DNA from: Blastocatellia bacterium
GTDB taxonomy: Bacteria > Acidobacteriota > Blastocatellia > Chloracidobacteriales > JADJPF01
NCBI GenBank assembly: GCA_016713405.1
Contig: JADJPF010000020.1
Coordinates: 616,862-680,861, forward strand
Direction: 5' to 3'
DNA: 64,000 nucleotides
The notes beneath the pieces are model-generated. The model ran no database searches. It was given only the letters and a program-made list of their open reading frames with translations, and was not told the origin of the DNA. A program made the translations under genes and the position numbers. Shown piece by piece: positions 37,084-46,566 of the stretch. How positions within the stretch are numbered: the first letter of the stretch is position 1; each line of letters starts with the position of its first letter.

Positions 37084-38160
37084 CTAATAGGGTGGAAATA
37101 ATCGTCTAAGCCCATGTAGCAAGATAATAATTATAAAAAAGATATTACGCAGTAATACTTGATAAATAGGTAATCTTAAAACTTTTCTTGGCTGGTTTGA
37201 ATTTAATGAGTTGCTTAACTCTATAGCTAAATTTTCTAGCCATTTTCTTGATCTAGGCCATTCAAATAAATTTTCAAGTAAATCTTTTGGAATACCTTCT
37301 TTACCAACTCTAGCACCAACAATACCCCCAACTATTGCAGCAGTTGAATCTGCATCCCCCCCACATTCAATAATTTGTGTAACGGCTTTAGAAAAGTTTT
37401 TTTGATTACTTAGCCAAGCATGAATAGCAACAGGTACAGTATGATAAACATAGCCTGAAACGCCTTTTGCTAAACCCAAATGCTTTGCAAAAGTAATAGT
37501 TAGCTCTTGTTTTTCAACGCTTTTAACAACCTGTTCAATTAAATTTATTAATTCTTCTCCTCCGCCAACAAGCAAAGGCCTTAGCTGTTGAAAAAAATCT
37601 TTTGGTGAAATATCTAGTTTTGTTGCTGCCATTCTAGCTGCAAAAGCAACCGTTAATGCTCCATATTCAGCTTTTGGATCTGTATGTGTAATTTTGGCAG
37701 AAGCTTTAACAAAAGCTTTTAGTTCTTCTAAATCCTCTATTGCTATTCCAAGTATTGCTGCTCGCATTGCTGGAGCATTTCCAGCAGAAAAGACACCGCT
37801 ATTATTAGGATTAAAACCTAACCAAAGTTTTATAACTGCTCGTAATGTTGCCCAACCTACTCCAGCAGGTAAACAAATTGCCCATAATCTTAATTGCCAA
37901 GAAAATTCTTTTTGAAAAGCTTTAACATCTTGGTTTGCAACAATTAGCGATTGTACTAACATAGCAGTATGCTCGGTATCATCAGAAATCATTCCAAACC
38001 TAAATAAAAATCTATATCTATTAGCTTTACCTAGTAATTTTGCTGCTCTACGAGGTGACAAAGCCTCATAAGGCAATCCCAACGCATCACCAACAGCCGT
38101 TCCAAGTATTGAACCAACTATTGTTGATTGATTAGAATTATTTTGTTGATTGTCTGACAT
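37084..38160 (-). CDS. ADP-ribosylglycohydrolase family protein with C-terminal hydrophobic anchor
   Basis: GSILGTAVGDALGLPYE, ..DDTEHT.., GGDADSTAAIVGGIVGA. C-terminal IFFIIIILLHGL. Confidence 0.8.
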   Translation of the reverse strand: MSDNQQNNSNQSTIVGSILGTAVGDALGLPYEALSPRRAAKLLGKANRYRFLFRFGMISDDTEHTAMLVQSLIVANQDVKAFQKEFSWQLRLWAICLPAGVGWATLRAVIKLWLGFNPNNSGVFSAGNAPAMRAAILGIAIEDLEELKAFVKASAKITHTDPKAEYGALTVAFAARMAATKLDISPKDFFQQLRPLLVGGGEELINLIEQVVKSVEKQELTITFAKHLGLAKGVSGYVYHTVPVAIHAWLSNQKNFSKAVTQIIECGGDADSTAAIVGGIVGARVGKEGIPKDLLENLFEWPRSRKWLENLAIELSNSLNSNQPRKVLRLPIYQVLLRNIFFIIIILLHGLRRLFPPY

Positions 38161-38202
38161 CTTGGTCTGATAATACTAAATAATTTATAACTAAGTGGAT
38201 GT

Positions 38203-39992
38203 TTAGAACTTAATATTTGTTAGTAGTAATTTTCCGCCTGATTCACGCACTAGATAAAAACTTTCTTTGCCAGCAAGCTCTTGTAATCTAGCAAAAGAAG
38301 GTTTTTCTACCAACAAATAACAGCGATCGGGTTTTGCCCATAATGCCTTAAATTCTGTCATCAATAAAAACGTCTGGCGCGCCCGGAGCATATGACCCAT
38401 ATTCTAAATTATTGATCCTACCATTAAGTAAAACAGCTCTTTTGGATGAGCATAAAAAAAGACTGATGAAAATGTAATATTGATTATCAAAATTACTAGT
38501 CCTTTGGGAGCATCTACAAGGGCTTCGGCTAAAGGACGTGAGCCTAAATAAGGCTCAAATACCACTAAAGCTTGATGTGCAGCTTGAAAGAAAATAATCA
38601 TCATTACTGCTAAAATTACACAAGCACGATCTCGATTTTTCCTAGCAAAAAATATTACTGATAACCCTAGTAACATACTAATTAAAGCCATTACTAACGG
38701 CAATTTTAAGTAAGCAAATGAATTTAGGGTTAAGTCTCCAAAATGTCCTAATGATAAGGTGTAAACACCATAAACATCTTCATTTTTAGCTAGTGCATTA
38801 GAAATATCTCCTGACACAGGAACATTTCTTACTAGATATAAAATTGCAATTATGGCAATACTGGCTAGGGTAGAAACAATTGTGATTAACCATAAACCAA
38901 ATTTTGGTAACTCACTCTTTTTGTCAAGTGCTAGGCCAACTAGCAGGGCAACCGCAGGATAAATTGGCATTGAATAATATTCTTGAGTTGTGGAAAGACT
39001 AAAAAATCCCATAACGGTTGCTATCCAACACACAGCTAATAAACAAACTCGTTGCAAACGGTTTTTTGGTGTAAAAGTAAAAGCTAGTGTTTTAAGTGAA
39101 GGTAAAAGCTACTCCAGGAAATAACCAAACTAGGTTAAGTAACCAAAATGAAAGCAATGGGACAGTGTTATAGTCTTTTGGATAGCGGCGACCTAAAAAG
39201 CGCAAAATATGCTCATTAAAAAAATATAACCAGAAAAAACCACGATATTTTCCCGGTTCGCTAACAAGTGAAAAATCAAAGTAAGGAGGATTTTTTAAGG
39301 TTGCTAAAATATGCCAAGGGGCAACAATTACAGCTAAGACTAGGATAAAAACAGGTAAATTAACACGTTGCCAAACACGTTTTTCTAAAATTTGTCGGCT
39401 AACGACTAGGTATAAACCAGCGATTCCTATTGGAAAAATAAAAGCAATTAATCCTTTAAGTAAAATACCAAAACCAATAGAACTTGCTCCTAATACTGAA
39501 TAAAGCAAAGGCTTAGGCTCATCATCATCAATAATACGTAAAAAGCACCAAAGAGAAGTTGTAATTGTTAATGCTATCAAAACATCAGCAATTAAAATTC
39601 GAGTAAAAAGAAATAGCCCAATACAGCTTGCAATAGCTAGTCCAGCTTGAAACCCTGCTCGTTCTGAAAGAGTCCATTTGCCAAAAAGAAAAACAACCCA
39701 AGCTAAAGTTACTGCTCCAAGCGCGATTGGAAGACGTGCAACCCAGTCATGTACCCCAAAAATAGAGAAAAAACTAGCTATTAGCCAGTATTTCATAGGG
39801 GGGTTTTTCCATATAAGCAATTGTATTAAGGTGAGGTGTTATCCAATCGCCTGTTTCTAGCATAGTTCGCGCGATTTGTGCTTGTACTGCATCAACATCA
39901 TCCATTAAACCAGGAGGGGAAATGCAGGCTAGCAAAAACACACCAGCAGCAATTAAAATTACTCCCCATTGATAACGATTAACTAAGCTCAT
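38203..39992 (-). pseudogene. GT39 (ArnT/PMT_2-like) membrane glycosyltransferase, several frameshifts
   Basis: Fragments 39774-39992, 39092-39820, 38404-39057 and 38203-38400 assemble into one multi-TM protein (..[23 protein letters not shown]|[14 protein letters not shown]..). Lesions lie at the G6/T5 run 39798-39808, near 39085-39095, and as a compensated pair at 38357 and 38424-38427. Confidence 0.75.
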
Positions 39993-41157
39993 TTTTTACT
40001 TCACCTTCTATAGGAATAAATCGCCCACCGGCGACAATTCGGAAACGACGGTTACGCCAAGAAATTTCACTTCCTAAAAAACCACCTAACCAGGAAGCAA
40101 AACTAATAAAATCTTGTAGTGGAATTAAAAATAAATATTTGTAAATAGTTTTATCTTCTAAAAGATAAACTCCAACTTGAATTGCTAAAAACCATCTAAT
40201 TATTAATGTAAATAAAAATAAAAAAAGGCCATAGGGAAAAGGTAAAAGAAAAATTCCTAGAAATGCCCAAGATAATCCATAAGTAAAACCTTGTCCAATG
40301 TAGCCAGATGGACGAGAAAAACGAGTACTACGATTCCAGCGAAGTCTATGCTTAAAACTAAGTAAAAAACCTGGGGATGTTGCATGGTGATTAATTACAT
40401 GAGTTGATAAAACTACTTCAGCACCTTTTTCTGCTACCCAATTGCCTAGCACAAAATCATCAGCTAAAAAGTCCGCCATTGCAGCAAATCCACCTATTTG
40501 AGCCAGGTTAGATTTACGAATAGCCATTGATGGGCCAAGGGTGAATTTCATCCCCTCTAACCATTCCGCCACAATTACCCCAGACATAAACTCGCTACTC
40601 ATTCCCAAAGCTTCAAGCTTTGACCAAAAATCATTTGCTGCAACTCCGCGATAAAGATTAGTCATTGCTCCAACTTTTTCAGATTGAAAAGCTTCAGCTA
40701 TTGCATTTAAGTAATCTTTTGCTACAGAAGTATCACTATCAGTAATTACCAGAATATCAAAGGTTGCTACTTTTGCCATTTGTTCTAAACTATATACTTT
40801 AGCATTAGCATAAGGTGGATTTTCAGCAATTACTAGACGTGACTTGACTTGTGGATAATGTGAAATAAGCTTATTGACTACTTCAACAGCAGGATCATCT
40901 TTAGTATGAACAGCAAAAATAATTTCAAATTTAGGATAATCTAGTAAGTAAAAACTTGTTAAATATTCTTTTAATCCATCCTCAACACCTTTTAGAGGCT
41001 TTAATATGCTGATTCCTAAACTACTAGCCATAAAAGCTTTAGGTCGTCTTTTAATCAACTTTTTTGCTGCAATAATTCCTAGAAAATAATAAACAATGCC
41101 ACCAATGATAATGGCTGTTAAAATTAGCTGTAAGACAATAACTGCCCAATGCAGCAT
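39979..41157 (-). CDS. GT2/GT21-type glycosyltransferase (ceramide glucosyltransferase / HpnI-like)
   Basis: N-terminal [16 protein letters not shown], DxD as ITDSD, (Q/R)xxRW as KHRLRWNRS, and C-terminal TM helices. Its 3' end overlaps the GT39 start by 14 nt. Confidence 0.7.
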   Translation of the reverse strand: MLHWAVIVLQLILTAIIIGGIVYYFLGIIAAKKLIKRRPKAFMASSLGISILKPLKGVEDGLKEYLTSFYLLDYPKFEIIFAVHTKDDPAVEVVNKLISHYPQVKSRLVIAENPPYANAKVYSLEQMAKVATFDILVITDSDTSVAKDYLNAIAEAFQSEKVGAMTNLYRGVAANDFWSKLEALGMSSEFMSGVIVAEWLEGMKFTLGPSMAIRKSNLAQIGGFAAMADFLADDFVLGNWVAEKGAEVVLSTHVINHHATSPGFLLSFKHRLRWNRSTRFSRPSGYIGQGFTYGLSWAFLGIFLLPFPYGLFLFLFTLIIRWFLAIQVGVYLLEDKTIYKYLFLIPLQDFISFASWLGGFLGSEISWRNRRFRIVAGGRFIPIEGEVKNELS

Positions 41158-41361
41158 AGTTGCTCCAAAATATAAAAAATTTTTAGTTGAAATTTTTATA
41201 ACCGGCTAGTATATCAGCAGCAAAAAATAATTCTACAGATGCTAGAAATTTGGGTGGTTTTAGACTAAATTTCAACTACTTCTGCTTTATGTTGAAATTT
41301 TAGCTAATACTGTAGAAAAAATAATTAAGCGTGATTAAGCCTAATCAAAGTTAGTAGCTAC

Positions 41362-42630
41362 TTAAACAGTAGCTACTTGTTCATTTTTAGCTATAGTGTT
41401 TTTACTAGTTATAAAGTCATTTCGGTAGCGCAGTAGCCAAAATAAAAAGCCTATAGATAAAACTATTGTTAAAGAGAGAGCTAAAAGAGGTAATTGATTT
41501 AATAAAAAGTAACTTGTACTAATTGCAGCAATTAAAATTAATCTAAAAATCTCTGCTGGAAATGCCCAAGATTTTCCTTCAAACATCGCTCCCCAAATTA
41601 ATGAAGTAAATAAAATTAGTATAATTCCTAGCACTATTTGAGATAGTGGTAAAGCTTTTTCAAAAAACATTAACCCACTTGTAGCCAAAGCTACAAAAAT
41701 AAAGTTTACAAAAATATAAATAGCTAACCCTGATGAAATTTTGGTATTAAAACGAACAGCCCTTTCAGGTTGAATAATTTTTTCTATATCATATTTAGCT
41801 TCTAGTCCGCGTGGCTGCCATCCTGGACGCATAAACCAAACTTTAATTTTATCAACAAAATAAGGTGCTTTTTGAGCCTGCTTAAATAAATCTACCCAAT
41901 AATGAAAATTTGCCCAAATAGGATTCCAACTTGTATAAGGTGAAACTGTTCCATAAACAGGTTCTTCTTCTTCCTCTTGAAATGAACCAAATATTCGATC
42001 CCAAATAATAGAAATTGCTCCATAATTACGATCTAAATATTTAACATTACGGCCATGATGGACACGGTGATGTGCTGGAGTATTGAAAAACCACTCAAAA
42101 AAGCCTAATTTGCCTATTGTACGCGTGTGAATCCAAAATTGATAAAGTGTGCTAATTGATTCTGCTGTAAGTAAAATAGCAGGATGTACACCTAATAAAC
42201 TTAATGGAGCATAAAAAGGCCAAATGCTAAAACCAGAAAACCATGCCTGACGCAAGGCTACAGATAAGTTATATTCTTCGCTGTGATGGTGAACTACATG
42301 AATGGCCCAGAGAAAATTTACTTCATGACTTAATCGATGCCACCAATAATAAAAAAAGTCTACACCAACAATTGCTACTACCCACATTAGCCAAACTGGT
42401 AATTCAAAAAGTGCATAATTTTCATATAGATAGAAATGTCCTGCTAAAAGTAAGCCTTTTTTTAAAATATGAATTACTTGTTGACCAATACCACAAGTTA
42501 AGTCTGTAATTGAATCATTAAGCCGATAATAATGAGCTTTACCTTGTCGGCGAGCAACAAAAATTTCTACCATAATCAAAATAAAAAATACTGGAATAGC
42601 TAAGGCAATATAACTAGCACAACTTATCAC
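41362..42630 (-). CDS. fatty acid hydroxylase/desaturase-superfamily membrane protein with extra C-terminal multi-TM region
   Basis: Three His boxes: HRLSHE, HVVHHH, HHRVHH. The additional hydrophobic C-terminus is about 150 aa. GTG start. Confidence 0.75.
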   Translation of the reverse strand: MISCASYIALAIPVFFILIMVEIFVARRQGKAHYYRLNDSITDLTCGIGQQVIHILKKGLLLAGHFYLYENYALFELPVWLMWVVAIVGVDFFYYWWHRLSHEVNFLWAIHVVHHHSEEYNLSVALRQAWFSGFSIWPFYAPLSLLGVHPAILLTAESISTLYQFWIHTRTIGKLGFFEWFFNTPAHHRVHHGRNVKYLDRNYGAISIIWDRIFGSFQEEEEEPVYGTVSPYTSWNPIWANFHYWVDLFKQAQKAPYFVDKIKVWFMRPGWQPRGLEAKYDIEKIIQPERAVRFNTKISSGLAIYIFVNFIFVALATSGLMFFEKALPLSQIVLGIILILFTSLIWGAMFEGKSWAFPAEIFRLILIAAISTSYFLLNQLPLLALSLTIVLSIGFLFWLLRYRNDFITSKNTIAKNEQVATV

Positions 42631-42766
42631 CTTTCAAATAAATAACATAAATAAAAATTTTGGATTAATTGAAGCCTTCTAATTATGCTTGTTTTTGGTT
42701 ATCTAGCCAAGCTAAATTGGTAAGACCACTGGAAAAATTTTACAAAAATTTTATTAACAAAATAAC

Positions 42767-42801
42767 AAACCCAGCAGAATTAATTAGACTCTACTGGGTT
42801 T
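42767..42801 (-). terminator. hairpin downstream of the Tes-like gene
   Basis: Stem aaacccagcag/ctactgggttt (10/11 paired) with a 13-nt loop, followed on the minus strand by T-rich gttattttgtt. Confidence 0.45.
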
Positions 42802-42832
42802 ATCGGTTTATTTAGTTAAATAACTTTACAGA

Positions 42833-44872
42833 TTAATCACCAACACCGGCTGGAGTATTATCTTTACGTTTTTTCACACCAAGCTGTAGTAATTTACCTT
42901 CGGCTGGTTCAGCTTCTCCAACTTGTTTAAGAACGTTTTGTTGATAAAGTTTTTTCATCATTCTAGCTTCTTCTCTAGCATTCATTGGCTTAGTCTTATC
43001 ACGGTCACGAATTGCATTAGCTGCTTCATCATTAACTATTAATTTGTGATCAAAAGAGCCAAGATTTACATTTCTGTTATTAGCATAAACTTCGTGTTTT
43101 CCATATTCCTTGTACCATTTAGCTACAGTAGCATTTTGGTGCATATTCTCAATAATATTTCTCCAACCAATACCAGTATTATAGGCACAGAAAGAAATCT
43201 CGCCTTCTTGAGTACCATAAGGAATAATACACATTTCTGTACGGCGGAAATCGTAATTAAAGAGGTCTTGGAACCACATACCAGCAACAAACAAGAAATT
43301 CCATGGGTCGCTACGTCGTTTTTCAATATCTTCACGAGTGCGATCACCTGATACTTTACCGTAACTCTTACCAGTTAAGCCAAATGACTTATCAAATTTC
43401 TTAAACATTGCTCCTAGTGAAAAGCTCTTAGGTGCGCCATAAGGATTATAATTTTTAAGTAAGGCTAAACCCATCATAAGATTAGACATCCATTTTCCAC
43501 GGGCAGCATCAGTAATTTTTGTCATATCTTGGACTAGTCCAGGAATATTTAGAAATTGTGGAACAGGTGCCATTTCTTTAGTTTCTTTGTTAACCATTAA
43601 TGCTGTACCTACACCACAATTAGGATGGCAACCACAGCTTACTTGTCCCCATTCAGCCTTTGGGCCAAATGCTAAATCAGCAAAATCAGCAAAGGAACTC
43701 ATTAAAGAAAGTGGGAACCAATCACGAGTAGGTTCGGTTATGCTCATTTGGTTTTTAACGTCATGTGCTAAATGTGAAAGGGTATAGCGTTGACGTATAC
43801 GACGCTCATCGGTGATTTCTTCATCGCGGCCAGTAAAGGAAACTGGTTGAAAAGCAAGGAAGGCAATCTTTTTGGGGTTTTGTAATGCAAACTCTACGAT
43901 TCTACCTACTTGATCATTATTAACACCATTGACTAGGGTTGTAACAAGAACAATTTCAATACCAGCATCATGGATATTGTTGATAGCTCTTAACTTAACA
44001 TCAAAGAGGTTGCCGATTTGACGATGGCTATTAGCATCATTACCAATGCCATCAAATTGTAGATAAACATAGCGCAAGCCTGCTTCAGCAGCTTTTCTAG
44101 CATATGTCATATCTTTAGCAAATTCAATTCCATTAGTAGCAGCTTGAACACTGTTATAACCAACTTTTCTAGCATAGCGAATAGCATCAAAGAAATAAGG
44201 TGACATTGTTGGTTCGCCGCCAGAGAATTGTACTGACATTTGACGACGTGGCTTAATTTGCATTGCATTATCTAAAACTTGTTTAATGTCGTCAAAGTTT
44301 AGTTCATGAACAAAACCAACTTGGTTTGCGTCCATAAAACAAGGGTCACACATCATGTTACAACGGTTAGTAAGGTCTACTGTTAAAACTGCACCTCAAC
44401 CATGTTTAATTGTGCTGCTGCCATAATTATGTAATTTCTCGTCATTGTGCGCCCAAATATCACGACCTGGAAACATTGCTTCAATGTGTTCTAGGAATTT
44501 GGAGTCTATTGCCATCATGTCTTCGATTTTGCCATGTTTATGGCATTCTTTTACCATCCAAACTTCGCCATCACGCTCAATAATTTGAGCTTTTACTTCG
44601 CCTACTTGCTCATTGATTAATACACGATAATCTTTTTCACCATTAATAATCTGGTTTCGTGCTTCAATAACACATTTTGGGCAAAGTGAATCTGTAGTAC
44701 GAGGCCAACCTAGTACAGGCTTGGATTTTTGCCAAGACTTGAGCATAGGTTTTTCTGACCATTTAGGGGTAAAAGATGGGTTGGGACGAAATTGATTTAA
44801 TTTTTGAATTCCATTGAATGCTTTGCCAGCAACTACGCTTAATCCCTTTTCTACCATTTTTTTCAATGACAT
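42833..44872 (-). pseudogene. large radical SAM enzyme of the COG1964/MJ0619 (Tes, GDGT-MAS) type, single in-frame TGA
   Basis: N-terminal Cys ribbon SLCPKCV..VKECHKHG. TGA at 44396-44398, then GAVLTVDLTNRCNMMCDPCF (CxxxCxxC). C-terminal CGCHPNCG and FLFVAGMWFQDLFNYDFRRTEMCIIPYGTQEGEISFCAYNT. Confidence 0.7.
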
Positions 44873-44962
44873 GTTTTTATCTTTCTCCTTAAGCAGACTT
44901 AATTGGTCGCATAATTTAGGGATTTTATTCCCCTAGTCTTAAAATATTGTTTTTAATCACCT

Positions 44963-44984
44963 AAAAAATTAGCCATATGGCTAA
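44963..44984 (-). terminator. weak hairpin plus T6 between the two radical SAM genes
   Basis: 16-bp palindrome ttagccatatggctaa (6-bp stem, 4-nt loop), followed on the minus strand by TTTTTT. Confidence 0.3.
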
Positions 44985-45019
44985 GAACAAAATAAAGCTT
45001 GTTATTAAGAAAATTAACT

Positions 45020-46131
45020 TTATCCAGCATTAACTAATTCTTCTTTTTCGGACTTGGTTGAAGTTGCTTTTGCAGCTACTTTCTTAGATTTTTTAGAAGT
45101 TAGTGATACTAGTTTTAACTCTTCAGCAATAGCTCGGCCTGGGGTTAAAGTAAGGCTTACTGGGTCTGGTAAAGTTTGTGGAGCCGAACGCCAGTTATCC
45201 ATTACTGCTACTTTATGCACACAAGCTACTGTGCAATAAGGTGCGCAATCTTTTTTGGTGTTAAACTCTCGGACAATATCCTGTGTTGTATATTGCAGTA
45301 AATCTACTCCAGGATAGCCTCGGCGTTGAGAACAATAGTGTACTAAACCATCTTCACAAATATAAAGGTAACGACTACCAGCCCGACAACGCCAATCATT
45401 TGCTTTTCCAGTAGCTAAATTATCCTGAAAGCGATTAAAGCGAGCATAACTAGTTTTTCCTAAATCTCTTAACTGCATAAAGATATTTTGTTCAACTTCA
45501 TTAAGTTGACCTAGTTGTCCGTGATGGTCATGAATAATTCCTACAGTAGTAGAAAATCCTAGCTCTACGGCTCGTTTTCCAACTACTAGGGCATCTTCTG
45601 GGGTACGAATACCACCGCCAATAACAGAGTTGATATTTACTGCAAAAACTGCATGTTCTTGGAGCATTTGCAGTTTTTTATCTAATACTTTTAAGCTTTT
45701 AACAGAAATTTCATCAGGTTGGATATTATCAATGCTAATTTGCATATAATCCAAACCTGCTTCATTTAGTCGTTTGATACGCTCTGGCATAAGCAGATAG
45801 CCATTTGTAATCATACCAACTAACAAACCTGATTTACGGGCATGAGCAATAATTTCATCTAAGTCTGGGTGTAAAAGAGGCTCACCACCACTAAAAACCA
45901 AAGCAGAAAGACCTAGTTTAACTAAGTGGTCAATTCGCTTTTTCATTGTCTCTAAAGCAATACCCTTAGAGTAATCATCATATTCATTGCAATAAACACA
46001 AGATAAATTGCATTTGCGAATAGGTATAATATGAGCAACTAATGGATGGTTAGTTGATGTAAGTCCTTTGGCGATAAACTTTAGCTCTTTTACCTTTCGT
46101 TGCCAAGCGGCACGAGTTTTTTTACATTCAT
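45020..46131 (-). pseudogene. radical SAM enzyme with Cys-rich (SPASM-like) C-terminus, one frameshift near the 5' end
   Basis: The listed ORF 45020-45946 is N-terminally truncated. The same frame upstream reads ..AHIIPIRKCNLSCVYCNEYDDYSKG... ATG 46131 is reached by adding one base to the T7 run 46117-46123. C-terminus: CRAGSRYLYICEDGLVHYCS..CAPYCTVACV. Confidence 0.7.
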
Positions 46132-46566
46132 AGCTTAAAAGTTATAGAGCTCTTTAGAACAAGATCAGGAAAATAGCACTAATTTTCTATTTCAACAAGC
46201 TTTGCTTCTCTGTTTTGTACCTTTAGCTGAACTAGTTGCTTTTAGTGGCCTGTTTTAGGTAGGTTTTGGCACATTAGCATTAAATATAGATTAGTTTCAG
46301 CTTATTAGGTGTGTTGTCTTAAAGCTAAAGCAAAATTTATGCCACTCAGAGTAGAATATTTAATAGCTTTATTTACAATAAGTTACAAATAATAAAATAG
46401 TTTGTGCTTTTTAGCAAAAAATGCTTGCGTGTCGAAATGACACAGGCTTTTAATCTTATAGTTAACTAATTAGTCAAGAGTAGATTTTAGTGAGTCTTAT
46501 TGACTCACAGAAGGTTTAACAAAAATTTTTCCTGTATCAAAACGACACAAAATATTAATTAAGAGG

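Noticed and set aside
39061-39111. Possible 25-bp imperfect tandem duplication (gttttttggtgtaaaagtaaaagcta / gtgttttaagtgaaggtaaaagcta) disrupting the GT39 gene; both copies encode AFTFT.
   Set aside because: Only the last 10 nt are identical. A single 1-nt indel in the ttaaaac tract restores the frame equally well (..GVAFTFTLKTLAFTFTPKNR..), which matches the lesion type seen everywhere else.
41353-41377. Two copies of the 10-bp palindrome agtagctact (41353-41362, 41368-41377) overlapping the stop codon of the fatty-acid-hydroxylase-family gene, as a terminator or protein-binding site.
   Set aside because: It can form a 10-bp hairpin, but no U-rich tail follows on the minus strand and one copy is coding sequence. 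The evidence is insufficient to call a feature.
32193-44398. The two in-frame TGA codons (32193-32195, 44396-44398) as evidence for an alternative genetic code (TGA = Trp or Gly) or selenocysteine.
   Set aside because: TGA acts as a genuine stop elsewhere: 35753-35755 is followed by a terminator hairpin, 61568-61570 is followed by a terminator, and there is an ATGA overlap at 60073-60076. I could find no SECIS-like hairpin after either TGA. An in-frame TAA also occurs (54011), which fits random substitutions better than recoding.
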